Assembly: GCA_963780335.1 (NCBI GenBank)
Contig: CAWABJ010000001.1
Coordinates: forward strand, 1,747,152-1,811,151
Direction: 5' to 3'
DNA length: 64,000 nt
From: an uncultured Actinomycetota bacterium
Lineage (GTDB): Bacteria > Actinomycetota > Actinomycetes > Mycobacteriales > Mycobacteriaceae
The notes below the pieces were generated by a model. That model was not told the origin of the DNA. It did no database searches and saw nothing but the letters and a program-made list of their open reading frames with translations. The translations under genes and the position numbers were made by a program. Shown piece by piece: positions 1 through 9,435 of this stretch; position 1 is the first letter of the stretch; every line of letters begins with the position of its first letter.

Positions 1-174
1 TTTCGAGGTGATGGCGGCAATGTCCTCTGCGCGTTGGGCGAAGACGATCATCAGGATCGCACCAGTCGGACGGGGGGATGAAGTGTCCTTCAGGACTGCC
101 TCATCGGCCCGCAGCAACGATACATCGCCACGCTGCAGGACCCGAGGAATGAACTCCGGCAGCTCCTCAGCCAT
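1..174 (-). pseudogene. Chimeric remnant: tyrosine-recombinase N-terminus fused in frame to part of the module's third gene; runs off the window edge
   Basis: Manual translation MAEELPEFIPRVLQRGDVSLLRADEAVL-KDTSSPRPTG-AILMIVFAQRAEDIAAITSK. The first part matches the 33385-34542 N-terminus (DTRLLRADEQV); the last part matches the 31566-33023 motif AALILVFGQPTHKVVAL. Confidence 0.65.
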
Positions 175-212
175 GCGCGCGCCCAAACGCGACGGCTCGC
201 AACGACCAGTGC

Positions 213-249
213 CGCAATATAATTCGTCACAGTGACGAATTATATTGCG
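213..249. promoter_or_regulatory. Perfect 37-bp palindrome (18-bp arms, 1-bp centre); candidate operator or element-end site
   Basis: CGCAATATAATTCGTCAC-A-GTGACGAATTATATTGCG, about 40 bp upstream of the recombinase remnant start at 174. Confidence 0.6.
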
Positions 250-650
250 ATCTAGGCGGGCACCTAGGGGGCTGCAACGGTCGATCACATCGTCGCCCTC
301 CCGCTGCCGGCGGCTGCCGACGGCATTGCCACCCTTGGGCTGGCGGCTTGTCGCGAACTGACGACAACGGAGCGCCTTCATGAGACACCTAACAACCGAC
401 TCCTATTAGATGCAATTGGCAATGTTACTGGTAAGCAGCTGTATCACTTTGTGTCGAGTGGCGCGGATGGACCTCAGGAACGTCGGCGGCATCGGAGCCT
501 CGGGTCGGCCCGGTAAAGATGACGTACCTGTGAGCCAACGCGAGCTGCCGGATCAGTGCGGGTTGCGATGAGCGCGGCCGGACAGCGCCCTTGCTAGTCA
601 TCTCGACGGAGTTCTCGATTGCCGCACATGTGCCGATGTCGAAGTCGAAA

Positions 651-982
651 GGTGGCGGGGTGGTCTGAGTGATTGTCTGCCAGGTCCCGATGCGAGTGGA
701 GAGCGAGGGGAATCCGAGCTTCTTCAGGCGGATCCGGACGTGGTTGGCGGCGAGGTGGCTTCCGGGTCGATAGCCAGGGAACACCCACGCGGTGACGGCA
801 TTGGCTGCGGTTTGCCGGTTGACGACGGATTGGCTGACCGCGACGACGAGTTCGTCGAGTGGATGTTCGAGGATGACGGGGTGCTTGCCCAGGGTGATGG
901 CCTGCGCACGGTCGTGGATGGTGATGTCTTTCCATTGCAGAGCAACGACTTTGTGGGTCGGTTGCCCAAAGACGAGGATGAG
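651..982 (-). repeat. Direct-repeat copy of 31678-32009 (3' part of the Zn-finger/degenerate recombinase gene); pseudogene fragment
   Basis: Near-identical over ~676-982, with mismatches at the 651-675 end. Encodes LILVFGQPTHKVV...LSTRIGTWQ. Identity ends abruptly at GACGAGGATGAG (982/32009). Confidence 0.9.
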
Positions 983-1084
983 GGTACGTCGACGGTATTT
1001 CAACGCAGTCACCGCAGCGCGGACCACCAGTCGCGGCTGGTGTGATTCGGCAGTACACGGAGGCCTAATCCTACTGTGGCACCG

Positions 1085-1109
1085 AATATTACGTCGCAGT
1101 GACGAATAT
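1085..1109. promoter_or_regulatory. Imperfect copy of the CGTCAC-A-GTGACG palindrome
   Basis: AATATTACGTCGC-A-GTGACGAATAT. Confidence 0.5.
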
Positions 1110-1273
1110 GCCTCATAGGGGTTGTGGGACGGGTTAGTGCTCAATCGAGAGGGGCCGGAGTCGCATGAGGACAGTTGGCCCACGCGGTAGAGCGACGAGC
1201 TGACACCTTCAGGTCCGTTGCGGAGCTGGTGACCCAGTCAACGCAGTGGTCGAAAACACATGCACCCCATAGT

Positions 1274-1294
1274 AATTCGTCACAGTGACGTATT
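1274..1294. promoter_or_regulatory. Copy of the CGTCAC-A-GTGACG palindrome
   Basis: AATTCGTCAC-A-GTGACGTATT. Confidence 0.5.
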
Positions 1295-1622
1295 GCCAGC
1301 GGTGCGGGGAGAGGGAGGAAGGCTGGTCGATCACCGGCTACGTGGCCGGCTACCGGGGGCTGGCTCAAGGTTTCACCTAACAGCCGAATCATTCATTAAC
1401 TGATTGAACCATACTGCAACCTCGGCGGACGCTACAACAGATTCAGCGGGGACCGGACGGTGTCGAACTACCCGCAGGACCTTACATGACGTCTCAGCGA
1501 GTCTGTTCCGTGTTGGTCAGCGGGTCGAAGCGGCCGCAGATCCGTTGAGAAATCAGCTAATCATCAAGGGGCGCTATTATTTTCATCTATTGCAACTCGC
1601 TATCTTAACTGGTAACGGTGAA

Positions 1623-2614
1623 TCACCCGAGGTTTCGTGCCGCCTCCATTGTGGGCTGTTCCTCGGGTGTGAGGGCAGCGTAGTGAATGGTCTCGAACTC
1701 TGTGGGTGGGATCAACCCGATGGACGAATGCAGCCTGCTGTTGTTGTACCAGTCGACCCAGGCCGCGGTCGCAAACTCGACGTCGGCGATGGTCTTGTAG
1801 GGCCCGGCGTGAAAGATCGTGGTGCGGATGCACTCGGTCTTGTAGAGACCGTTTGCTGACTCGATCAACGCATTATCGTAGGCATCGCCGACCGATCCGA
1901 TGGACGCCGCGACGTGTTCCAGGGACAGGCGCTCCGTCAGCCGAACCGACGTGTATTGCGACCCGGCATCCTAATGATGAATCAGCTCAACATCTTTCAC
2001 CGGATGGCCGTCATGGGCGCGTTGCCACAACGCCATCGGCAACGGCGTGGTGACCAGACTGACCTCCTTGCTCGTCGAGGCGTGCCAGGCCACGATGCGG
2101 CGGGAGAACACGTCGACGATGAACACCACGTACACCCAGCCGGACCATGTTCGGACATACGTGAAGTCGGTTACCTAGACCCGGTTGGGTTCCTGGGCGC
2201 GGAATTGCCGGTTGAGCAGATCGCCGGCACGGATCCCGTCCGCGGCCGGGATCGTGGTGCGGATTCCCTTCGACCGTCGAATACCGTTGAGCCCCAACGT
2301 CTTCATCGCACGATCCACCGCCCCGTAGGACACGCCGGGCATCGTGGTGCGATCCAGGTAAGCCCGCATCTTCACCCGCCCGTAGAGCCCCTCTGGGGTC
2401 ATTCGGCGCCGGCCGTGGTGATCGATACGCCACGCGACGTCCCTGACCGCATCCACGGTCTGGGCGTCGGTGACGGTGCGGGGGCGGGCCGGCGACTGCG
2501 CCAGGCCCGGTAGGTGGGTGCGGCGATCTGGCAGCCCTGTTCACACAGAACTCGGCAGATCGACTCGACCGCAGCACCTTCCGATCGCATCTGATCGATG
2601 AAGGCGATCATCAT
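1623..2614 (-). pseudogene. IS3 transposase OrfB (DDE integrase core) with two in-frame TAG stops
   Basis: NRV*VTDFTYVRT (Trp expected, 2175-2177) and LIHH*DAGSQY (Ser expected, ~1971-1973). C-terminus DNALIESANGLYKTECI. Confidence 0.88.
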
Positions 2615-2922
2615 CGGTTGCGGGGGTCGAGTTCCCCCGCGAAGAAAGTCGTCGCCGCCTTGAGGATCATGACATCCTCACGCAGCAGCCGATTCTCGGC
2701 CTTGAGCTTCTTGATCTCAGCAGATTCCTCCGAGGTGACACCGGGGCGGGCACCGCCATCGATCTGCGCCTGCACCGCCCACTGGCGGACCGTTTCCCTG
2801 GCAACGCCGAGCTGCTTGGCGATGGCCTCAGAGGCCGCGGTCAGCGACGCGTACTCACCGGCATGGGTCTGCAACAGCCGCAACGCCCGCTCACGGACCT
2901 CCGGCTCGATCTTCTTCGGCAT
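2611..2922 (-). CDS. IS3 transposase OrfA (HTH)
   Basis: MPKKIEPEVRERALRLL...ILKAATTFFAGELDPRNR. Stop overlaps the OrfB start (ATGA). Confidence 0.88.
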   Translation of the reverse strand: MPKKIEPEVRERALRLLQTHAGEYASLTAASEAIAKQLGVARETVRQWAVQAQIDGGARPGVTSEESAEIKKLKAENRLLREDVMILKAATTFFAGELDPRNR

Positions 2923-3152
2923 GATCGTCATCCTTCCTAACTCAGAAGGAAACGGCACAAAACCGGGGGTGATTCACGGTGTTCGAGAGGTGCGGGTTCG
3001 TGCGTTGGGGAGCGGTTGCGGTTTAGGTTACCGAAGATGCCCACGGCTCGCGGACAGATGTCAGCGTGTCCGCCTATACACGCGGTGAGCGGCTTCGGCG
3101 CCACCGCGATCTCGACCGAAGCTCTGACGTCAGGTCGAGTTCCGAGGAGACA

Positions 3153-3330
3153 CTAGCGAGCCAAGTGGTTAGTGATGGTGATGAATTCGGCCATCTTACA
3201 AGCAACGGCCTCAAGCCGATCGGCCGGTACGAACGTGTAGGCGTCGTCGATCTCGACGATGCGAGTGTCAGCCAGTATCTGCGTCCAACGCTGGGCATGT
3301 GACAACGGGAAGTGCACCACCGGCGCAGGC
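3153..3330 (-). pseudogene. C-terminal fragment of an alpha/beta hydrolase
   Basis: Manual translation HFPLSHAQRWTQILADTRIVEIDDAYTFVPADRLEAVACKMAEF; no N-terminal part seen. Left coordinate is the stop; right coordinate is approximate. Confidence 0.45.
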
Positions 3331-3469
3331 GTGCGAATGCCACCCGAGTCGGGTGGGTTGAGTCGGCGACACTTTAACGCTCAGTGTGCGCTCAGGATCG
3401 GAATCCTCACCTGCGCCGACCCGGACATCCAGCCGAACACAACTGTTTTGCAACGGCTTTGGGCGAGCA

Positions 3470-4042
3470 CTATCCCGATTCTGCCGTCGCCTGCGTCGGA
3501 ATGAAACACGTCGTGCGCTTGGTCGCATACTCGATTCGCGCCTGGGCCTCACGGGCGGCGGCAGCGTGCCCACGGGCCCTGCGCATTCTCTCGACCAGTG
3601 CTTCCCGACGCCGCGTATTGAGATCCTCGGTGAGCGCTGAACGTAGGGTGCTCGCGGCGTCAATGAGACACGTGTAGGTGTCGTCGACGAGCCGGCATTC
3701 GGGGTCGGCCGGATGCGTCAAAATGGCTTCAATCAATTCCTGCGTCTCGCCGTACCTCGTACGGGCCGGCTCGGACAGAAAGAGGCCGCCGTCCGTGTAG
3801 TACCACGAACGCAGCGTCACGTGGAATTTTTCCAGGCTGCCCCGCGTGACCTCGGCACGCGGCCAGCGGGGAACGGCTCCCGTGGCGCTCCACAGTGTCG
3901 GATAGCACTGCAGCCGTTGGGTCCGCAGATTCTCGTCGACTCCGGCGCGAGTGCTGACCCAACTATTGACCAGCGCAAGAATGGCCGCCGTAATCAAGCC
4001 GAGCACGCTGGTGACGATCGCCAACAAGATGTGGGTCGACAT
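3470..4042 (-). CDS. Hypothetical protein with an N-terminal transmembrane helix, divergent from the eCIS regulator
   Basis: MSTHILLAIVTSVLGLITAAILALVNSW followed by a globular-looking region (WYYTDGGLFLSEPAR). Confidence 0.6.
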   Translation of the reverse strand: MSTHILLAIVTSVLGLITAAILALVNSWVSTRAGVDENLRTQRLQCYPTLWSATGAVPRWPRAEVTRGSLEKFHVTLRSWYYTDGGLFLSEPARTRYGETQELIEAILTHPADPECRLVDDTYTCLIDAASTLRSALTEDLNTRRREALVERMRRARGHAAAAREAQARIEYATKRTTCFIPTQATAESG

Positions 4043-4533
4043 CCGCTCGCCTTCCCCGTGCATCGCGCGTCATCGTGCGATCTGTCAGCCCTGCACAATC
4101 CCATGGTCCGTTCAGGGGTATCCGATTCTCCCGCCGATGCGGCGGGGCGATCCAAAATCGGGCAAAGCCAGTGTGTCAAGTGGCGTTGCGGCGGACGGAG
4201 CAGCGGTGTTGCGCGGCGACTGGTTGCTCGCAGTTATTTGCTGTTGCGGTGTCTAGCGACGTCCGATCGACTGTTGGTCTGTTGAACTGGCGCGGCTTGA
4301 CGTATTGCGCTTCCCGCAGCACCGCGCGCCCGCAATTGCCCGCATCTTCGCTGCTGCTCCGCGCGTTGAGGATCAATCAATTATGCCGCGACGGTTTGAT
4401 TTGAAATGTCAACTGGCCGTGGTCGACAGTGGGGAGGGCCGTTCGATAAACGAGTATTGAACTACTCGCGCGCCACACTGCCGATTGGCTGATAATCACC
4501 TCTGTACCGGGTGCGGGGTGCAAGGGGGGATCG

Positions 4534-5184
4534 ATGCGGCGCGACCGTCATTCCCATCAGCAGTGCGACCGATTGTGCATTGTCATCGTGTCCGATATCC
4601 GGCTCTATCGAGAAGGCTTGGCTCGCGTTTTATCGCAGCTGCCGGATGTCGAGACGGTGCGCACGTGCGAATCAGCGGCCGACGGCGTCGGCGTCGTCAC
4701 CCACGTCGCGCCAGACATCATCCTGTTGGACATGTCGGCACTCGGCAGCGCCTCCTCGGCGAGGTTGTTTTCTCGCGAACTCCCGACAGTGAAAATCGTC
4801 GCCCTGGCGGTACCCGAGACCGAGCGTCATGTGCTGGCATGTGTGGAGGCAGGTGTCATGGGCTACGTCTCGCGTGAGGGTTCCATTGACGACCTGGTGT
4901 GCGCAATCAGGCATGCCGCGCGCGGGGAGGCGCTGTGTTCTCCGTCCATCACGGGGGGCTTGATGCGCCGTGTGGCGATGCTCGCCCACGACGACTGCGT
5001 CACAAGTCGCCTTACCCGACGTGAACTCGAGATAGCCGAGCACATCGCCCTCGGGACCACCAATCGCGGGATCGCGATGAGCCTTGGGATACAGCTGTGC
5101 ACGGTCAAGAACCATGTCCACAACATTCTCGACAAGCTTGGCGTCGAGCACCGCGCCGACGTCGCAGCGCGCATCCGCCAGTGA
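4534..5184 (+). CDS. NarL/LuxR-family response regulator (REC + HTH)
   Basis: PDIILLDM phospho-acceptor region; LTRRELEIAEHIALGTTNRGIA...TVKNHVHNILDKLG. Exact start uncertain. Confidence 0.9.
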   Translation: MRRDRHSHQQCDRLCIVIVSDIRLYREGLARVLSQLPDVETVRTCESAADGVGVVTHVAPDIILLDMSALGSASSARLFSRELPTVKIVALAVPETERHVLACVEAGVMGYVSREGSIDDLVCAIRHAARGEALCSPSITGGLMRRVAMLAHDDCVTSRLTRRELEIAEHIALGTTNRGIAMSLGIQLCTVKNHVHNILDKLGVEHRADVAARIRQ

Positions 5185-5452
5185 GGCACCACTAAATCCG
5201 AGCCCGCAACTCTTCGGACCGCCTGCGCCGCCGGTGCGTTCCCAGCAGCGGGCAGGTCTGCGCATCGCCGCCGTTCTCGCATCAGGGGGATCTCGGGGAT
5301 CAAGACCGACAACCGGCGGCCACCGAGGATCCGGACCGGGGTGGAGGTCAGACCAGATCTCTGGATCCGTTCGAATTCCCGACCGGAGATCCATTGCGTC
5401 CGAGGCCATTCGGTGGCGTTACTTATGTGAACGATCGTCGAGCCTTACCGGG

Positions 5453-5845
5453 ATGGACATGACCGACAACGACGCGCAGCACGAAGCGATGGACGTCGCG
5501 CTTGTGTCGTGCTCCGGAATCCTCGGTGACGTCATACGCCTCAGCCTGGCGGCGGTCTCCGAGGTCGCTGTCATCGCAGATCTGCGGTTCGACGGTGTCA
5601 CGCAATTGACTAAGGCTCTCCACCAAGCCGATCCCGACGTGGTGGTCTGGATGCTTGACGATGAGCGCACCATCGCCGAGCACGCCGAGTTGTTCCAGGT
5701 AGACCGCGGCCCGTCCGTGATCGCTGTGCTGGACGACGGCCGCCGCACCGCCTGTTGGCAACTGCGTCCCTGCCGAACCGTCCTCGATCCTCCCTCCATC
5801 GACAACCTCGTCAACGCGCTGCGCGATGCGGCGGCGTCGCGATGA
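5453..5845 (+). CDS. Stand-alone receiver-like (pseudo-REC) protein
   Basis: VALVSCSGILGDVIRLSL...DPDVVVWMLDD...PSVIAVLDD...SIDNLVNALR fits a REC beta/alpha pattern. C-terminal part of ORF 5084-5845. Confidence 0.55.
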   Translation: MDMTDNDAQHEAMDVALVSCSGILGDVIRLSLAAVSEVAVIADLRFDGVTQLTKALHQADPDVVVWMLDDERTIAEHAELFQVDRGPSVIAVLDDGRRTACWQLRPCRTVLDPPSIDNLVNALRDAAASR

Positions 5846-5883
5846 CCGATCAGCTTTGAACCGCGGGCGAAAGGAGACCCACC

Positions 5884-7485
5884 ATGCCCACCACACCGAC
5901 GTACCCGGGCGTATATATCGAGGAACTGAAGAGCACGGTGCGCACCATCATCGGCGTCCCCACGTCGATCGCGGCGTTCGTCGGCTGGGCGCCGCGCGGA
6001 CCCTCGGGGGCGGAGCACATCACCAGTTGGGATGACTACCAGCGCATCTATGGCGGCCTGCACCCAAGCAGCCCGATGAGTCAGGCCGTCTACCAGTTCT
6101 ATCAAAACGAGGGCAGCGAAGCTGAGATCGTCCGGCTGCCCGGCAAGAAGGGAGGCGCCGCGGCGGCCGCAACCATCGAACTCGTGGTTGCCAACTCCGC
6201 CGCTGACCCAAACGCGCCCAAATTGCAGGCCGCCAGCTGGGGAAGCTGGGGCAACGATCTTCGGGTGCGGGTCGACTACGACACGAAAGACCCCAACGAC
6301 CAAACGCTGTACAACCTCACGATCCGTGACACCGGAAGCGGCACGCAGGAGACCTATCTCAACGTCAGCACCGACGCCACCGACGCACGCAGCCTGACCA
6401 ACGTGCTGGCCTCCTCGGAATTGGTGACTGTCACCGCCAACGCGGCAAGCCGCCCGAAGAACGACGGCGACGTGCCCATCGGTCAGGACCCGTTCGCCGA
6501 CGGGCACGGCCAGGCAGGAGAACCCGCCCACCCCCGGTGGTACACCCAGGCGGCCGACGACAGCGGCAAGGACGACCCGGCTGTCGACTCTGCCGACTAC
6601 ATCGGCGGGGCGGGCGACACCTTCTCGCTGGACAAGAAGGGCATCTACGCACTGCTCACCACCGACATCTTCAACATGCTGTGCCTGCCTGGCCGCCAGG
6701 ACAACAATGACGTACTCAGCGCGGCGCTGCAGCTATGCAACGACCGCCGGGCCATGCTGCTCGTCGACCCACCCTCCGCGTGGGCATCGGTGGATACCGC
6801 AGCCAAAACCGCGCACGCGCTGACCGGTGATTCAGCCAAGAACGCCGCTGTCTACTTCCCCAACATCAAGGTCCCCGACCCGTTGAAAAACGGTGTAGTA
6901 CAGGAGTTCCCGCCGTGCGGTGTGATGGCCGGGGTGTGGGCCCGTACCGACGTGCAACGGGGAGTGTGGAAGGCGCCGGCGGGCACCGACGCATCACTCA
7001 ACGGCGCCGACAGCCTCAAGGTGAAGATGACCGACGGCGACAACGGTCGGCTCAACCCGCTCGGCATCAACTGCTTGCGCACCTTCCCCGTGACCGGCCA
7101 CGTGTCGTGGGGTGCTCGCACGATGCGGGGCGCCGACCGCCTTGCCGACCAATGGAAGTACGTACCGGTGCGCAGGCTTGCCCTGTTCATCGAGGAGAGC
7201 CTCTACCGCGGCACCCAGTGGGTGGTCTTCGAACCCAACGACGAACCGCTGTGGTCGTCGATCCGCCTCAATGTCGGGGCATTCATGAACAACCTGTTCC
7301 GCCAGGGCGCATTTCAAGGTGGCACACCCAAAGAGGCGTATCTGGTCAAATGCGACAGCACCAACAACCCGCAGAACAGTATCGACAGCGGCATCGTCAA
7401 CATCCTGGTCGGCTTCGCGCCGCTCAAGCCGGCCGAGTTCGTGATCATCCAGATCCAGCAGCTCGCCGGCCAGATTCAGGTCTAG
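5884..7485 (+). CDS. Contractile tail sheath protein
   Basis: TYPGVYIEE start; WKAPAG; KYVPVRRLALFIEESL...WVVFEPNDEPLW; SD-like AAAGGAG upstream. Confidence 0.95.
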   Translation: MPTTPTYPGVYIEELKSTVRTIIGVPTSIAAFVGWAPRGPSGAEHITSWDDYQRIYGGLHPSSPMSQAVYQFYQNEGSEAEIVRLPGKKGGAAAAATIELVVANSAADPNAPKLQAASWGSWGNDLRVRVDYDTKDPNDQTLYNLTIRDTGSGTQETYLNVSTDATDARSLTNVLASSELVTVTANAASRPKNDGDVPIGQDPFADGHGQAGEPAHPRWYTQAADDSGKDDPAVDSADYIGGAGDTFSLDKKGIYALLTTDIFNMLCLPGRQDNNDVLSAALQLCNDRRAMLLVDPPSAWASVDTAAKTAHALTGDSAKNAAVYFPNIKVPDPLKNGVVQEFPPCGVMAGVWARTDVQRGVWKAPAGTDASLNGADSLKVKMTDGDNGRLNPLGINCLRTFPVTGHVSWGARTMRGADRLADQWKYVPVRRLALFIEESLYRGTQWVVFEPNDEPLWSSIRLNVGAFMNNLFRQGAFQGGTPKEAYLVKCDSTNNPQNSIDSGIVNILVGFAPLKPAEFVIIQIQQLAGQIQV

Positions 7486-7503
7486 ATACGAGAGGGGACG
7501 GCC

Positions 7504-8028
7504 ATGGCCGATAGCAAGACCAAAAGGCGTGATCCGTTCAAGAACTTCCGGTTTCGGGTGAAGTTCGCCGACGGCAACGAATACATGTTCGGTGTCAGCA
7601 AGGTCACGGGATTCAAGCGCAGCACCGAGGTGATCAAACACCGCAGCGGCGGCGACCCGGCCACGAGCACCAAACTGCCGGGTCGCACCGAATACGATCC
7701 GATCAGCTTCGAACGTGGTGTCACCGCGGACAAGGTGTTCGAGCAATGGGCCAACAGCGTGTGGAGTTTCGCCAATGCCTCCGGCGGACTCGAGACGTCG
7801 CTGAAGGACTTCCGCCGCAACGTCATCGTCGACGTATACAACGAGGCCGGCCAGAAGGTCCTGTCCTACCAGGTCTTCAACTGCTGGGTATCGGAATGGC
7901 AGCCGGTGTCGGATCTGGACGCCAACGCCAACGCCGTTGCCATCCAACACATCAAGTTGGAGAACGAGGGGTGGGTCCGGGAAGATCTACCCGAGCCGCC
8001 CGAGGTCAGCTTCACCGATCCGGCGTGA
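7504..8028 (+). CDS. Tail tube protein (T4 gp19-like)
   Basis: RRDPFKNFRFRV...KLPGRTEYDPISFERG...DLDANANAVAIQHIKLENEG. Confidence 0.93.
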   Translation: MADSKTKRRDPFKNFRFRVKFADGNEYMFGVSKVTGFKRSTEVIKHRSGGDPATSTKLPGRTEYDPISFERGVTADKVFEQWANSVWSFANASGGLETSLKDFRRNVIVDVYNEAGQKVLSYQVFNCWVSEWQPVSDLDANANAVAIQHIKLENEGWVREDLPEPPEVSFTDPA

Positions 8029-8032
8029 TGCG

Positions 8033-8734
8033 ATGTCAGATCCGTCCGAAGCCCGCGTACTCGCGTTGTGGGAGTCCGCGGTCGATACCTCGCCGCTGCT
8101 GAGAACGCTGGCCCTCGCCGCGGCCGGCGGCGCACCGCGCGAGCGCGTGGCCGATCTGAGCATCGGGCAGCGAGACGCCTACCTGTTGGCGTTGCGGCAG
8201 GACTGCTTCGGCTCGGCATTGGCCTGCGTCGTGGACTGCCCCGAGTGCGGGGCGGAGTTGGAAATGGACCTGAGCCTCGCCGACGTCGCCGTGCACGGGG
8301 GCGATCGTGACCACACGCCGGTGACCGCGGACGGCACCGACATCGAGTTGCGCGCCGTCACCTCCCGCGACCTGCTCACCGTCGCCGGACGGCCCACCGC
8401 GCGCCGCGAACTCATCCACCGCTGCATCACCGCCGGTGGCCCCGGCGCGGCCCACTCGCTGTCCGAAGCGGCCCTCGACGAGATCTCGGCGGCCATGGCG
8501 GTCCTTGATCCGCAGGCTGACGTCTGCGTCGACATCGATTGCGCGGTATGCGATCACCGCTGGGCGGCCCCCTTCGACATCGCCGGGTACCTGTGGTCAG
8601 AGCTGCACACCCACGCCCTGCGGATCCTGCGGGACGTTCACGAGCTCGCGTCACTGTACGGGTGGTCGGAGGCCGAGGTGCTGGCAGTCAGTCCGTCCCG
8701 CCGCCGCCGCTACCTGGAGATGGCCGCGCCATGA
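8033..8734 (+). CDS. eCIS-associated protein with two CxxC motifs (tail assembly chaperone/baseplate-associated type)
   Basis: LSIGQRDAYLLALR, CPECG, CAVCD, DVHELASLYGWSEAEVL; position directly after the tube gene. Confidence 0.7.
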   Translation: MSDPSEARVLALWESAVDTSPLLRTLALAAAGGAPRERVADLSIGQRDAYLLALRQDCFGSALACVVDCPECGAELEMDLSLADVAVHGGDRDHTPVTADGTDIELRAVTSRDLLTVAGRPTARRELIHRCITAGGPGAAHSLSEAALDEISAAMAVLDPQADVCVDIDCAVCDHRWAAPFDIAGYLWSELHTHALRILRDVHELASLYGWSEAEVLAVSPSRRRRYLEMAAP

Positions 8735-9429
8735 CCGATTTCGTCGACAGGCTGCTCGGCCGGTCACCATGTGCGCCGATCCGGCCGCTGCTGCCAACGC
8801 TCTACGAACCCGTCGCCTTCGGCGCCGCCGATGAACCGCTGCCGATGGGATCGTTCACCGATTCAGCCGGCTCCGAGCACGCCACCGGAACCGCTGCGGC
8901 CGAAGAACTCTCGGTGCCCGAACCTCCCCGCGCACTGCTGACGGCGGCTGGACCGCCCAGCGCGGTGCACCCCGCGACGATCAGTCCGGCGGCGAGGGGC
9001 GCCGCCAACGAACCCCCGCACGCCGCGCCCCGCGGCCCTGCGCCCGCCCTGTCACCGCCGGCCACACCACCCCACCAGATGGCTGCCGGCCCGCTCGTCC
9101 GGCGGCCCAGCCGCGAGCACCCCCGTCCGCCGGGGCCATCGTCTGCTGCCACATCGCCCGCCGAAGAGCCAGCGGTGCGGCGCTCCGTCGGCGATGTCCC
9201 GTCGCGGATCCCGACGACCGCCCATGAGCGGGTGCTGGCGCGCCCCAACGCATTGCAGCAGGACTTCGTGCGTGAACGTGACCGTGCCCGCGAACCCGAT
9301 GTGCACATCAGCATCGGACGCGTCGAGATCAAGGCCGCCGTGACCGCCGCGTCGCCCGCGCGGCGTGCGGACAGCTCCAGGCGCCCGCAGCTGACCCTCG
9401 ACGACTACCTGAAGAGCCGGGGGGGTTGA
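8731..9429 (+). CDS. Pro/Ala-rich, likely disordered eCIS protein with a conserved-looking C-terminal motif
   Basis: ATGA overlap with the upstream gene; C-terminus VHISIGRVEIKA...LTLDDYLKSRGG. Confidence 0.7.
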   Translation: MTDFVDRLLGRSPCAPIRPLLPTLYEPVAFGAADEPLPMGSFTDSAGSEHATGTAAAEELSVPEPPRALLTAAGPPSAVHPATISPAARGAANEPPHAAPRGPAPALSPPATPPHQMAAGPLVRRPSREHPRPPGPSSAATSPAEEPAVRRSVGDVPSRIPTTAHERVLARPNALQQDFVRERDRAREPDVHISIGRVEIKAAVTAASPARRADSSRRPQLTLDDYLKSRGG

Positions 9430-9435
9430 TCGGCA

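Larger units (their letters stand above)
1619..2976 (-). mobile_element. IS3-family insertion sequence (IS6110/IS51-group-like), 1358 bp, defective
   Basis: Imperfect 29-bp terminal IRs TGAATCACCCGAGGTTTCGTGCCGCCTCC (1619-1647) and the reverse complement of GGAAACGGCACAAAACCGGGGGTGATTCA (2948-2976). 3-bp flanking direct repeat CGG (1616-1618, 2977-2979). orfA/orfB layout. Confidence 0.92.

Noticed and set aside
425-1183. 252-aa ORF read as an intact gene
   Set aside because: Only 651-982 is recognisable (copy of the third recombinase gene); flanks are unrelated sequence and include a palindrome.
213-1294. Repeated palindromes as a CRISPR array
   Set aside because: Irregular spacing (867 and 186 bp between centres), variable repeats, no cas genes.
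4126-4148. GC hairpin CCCGCCG-ATG-CGGCGGG as a terminator
   Set aside because: No U-tract and it lies between divergent starts; likely chance in GC-rich DNA.
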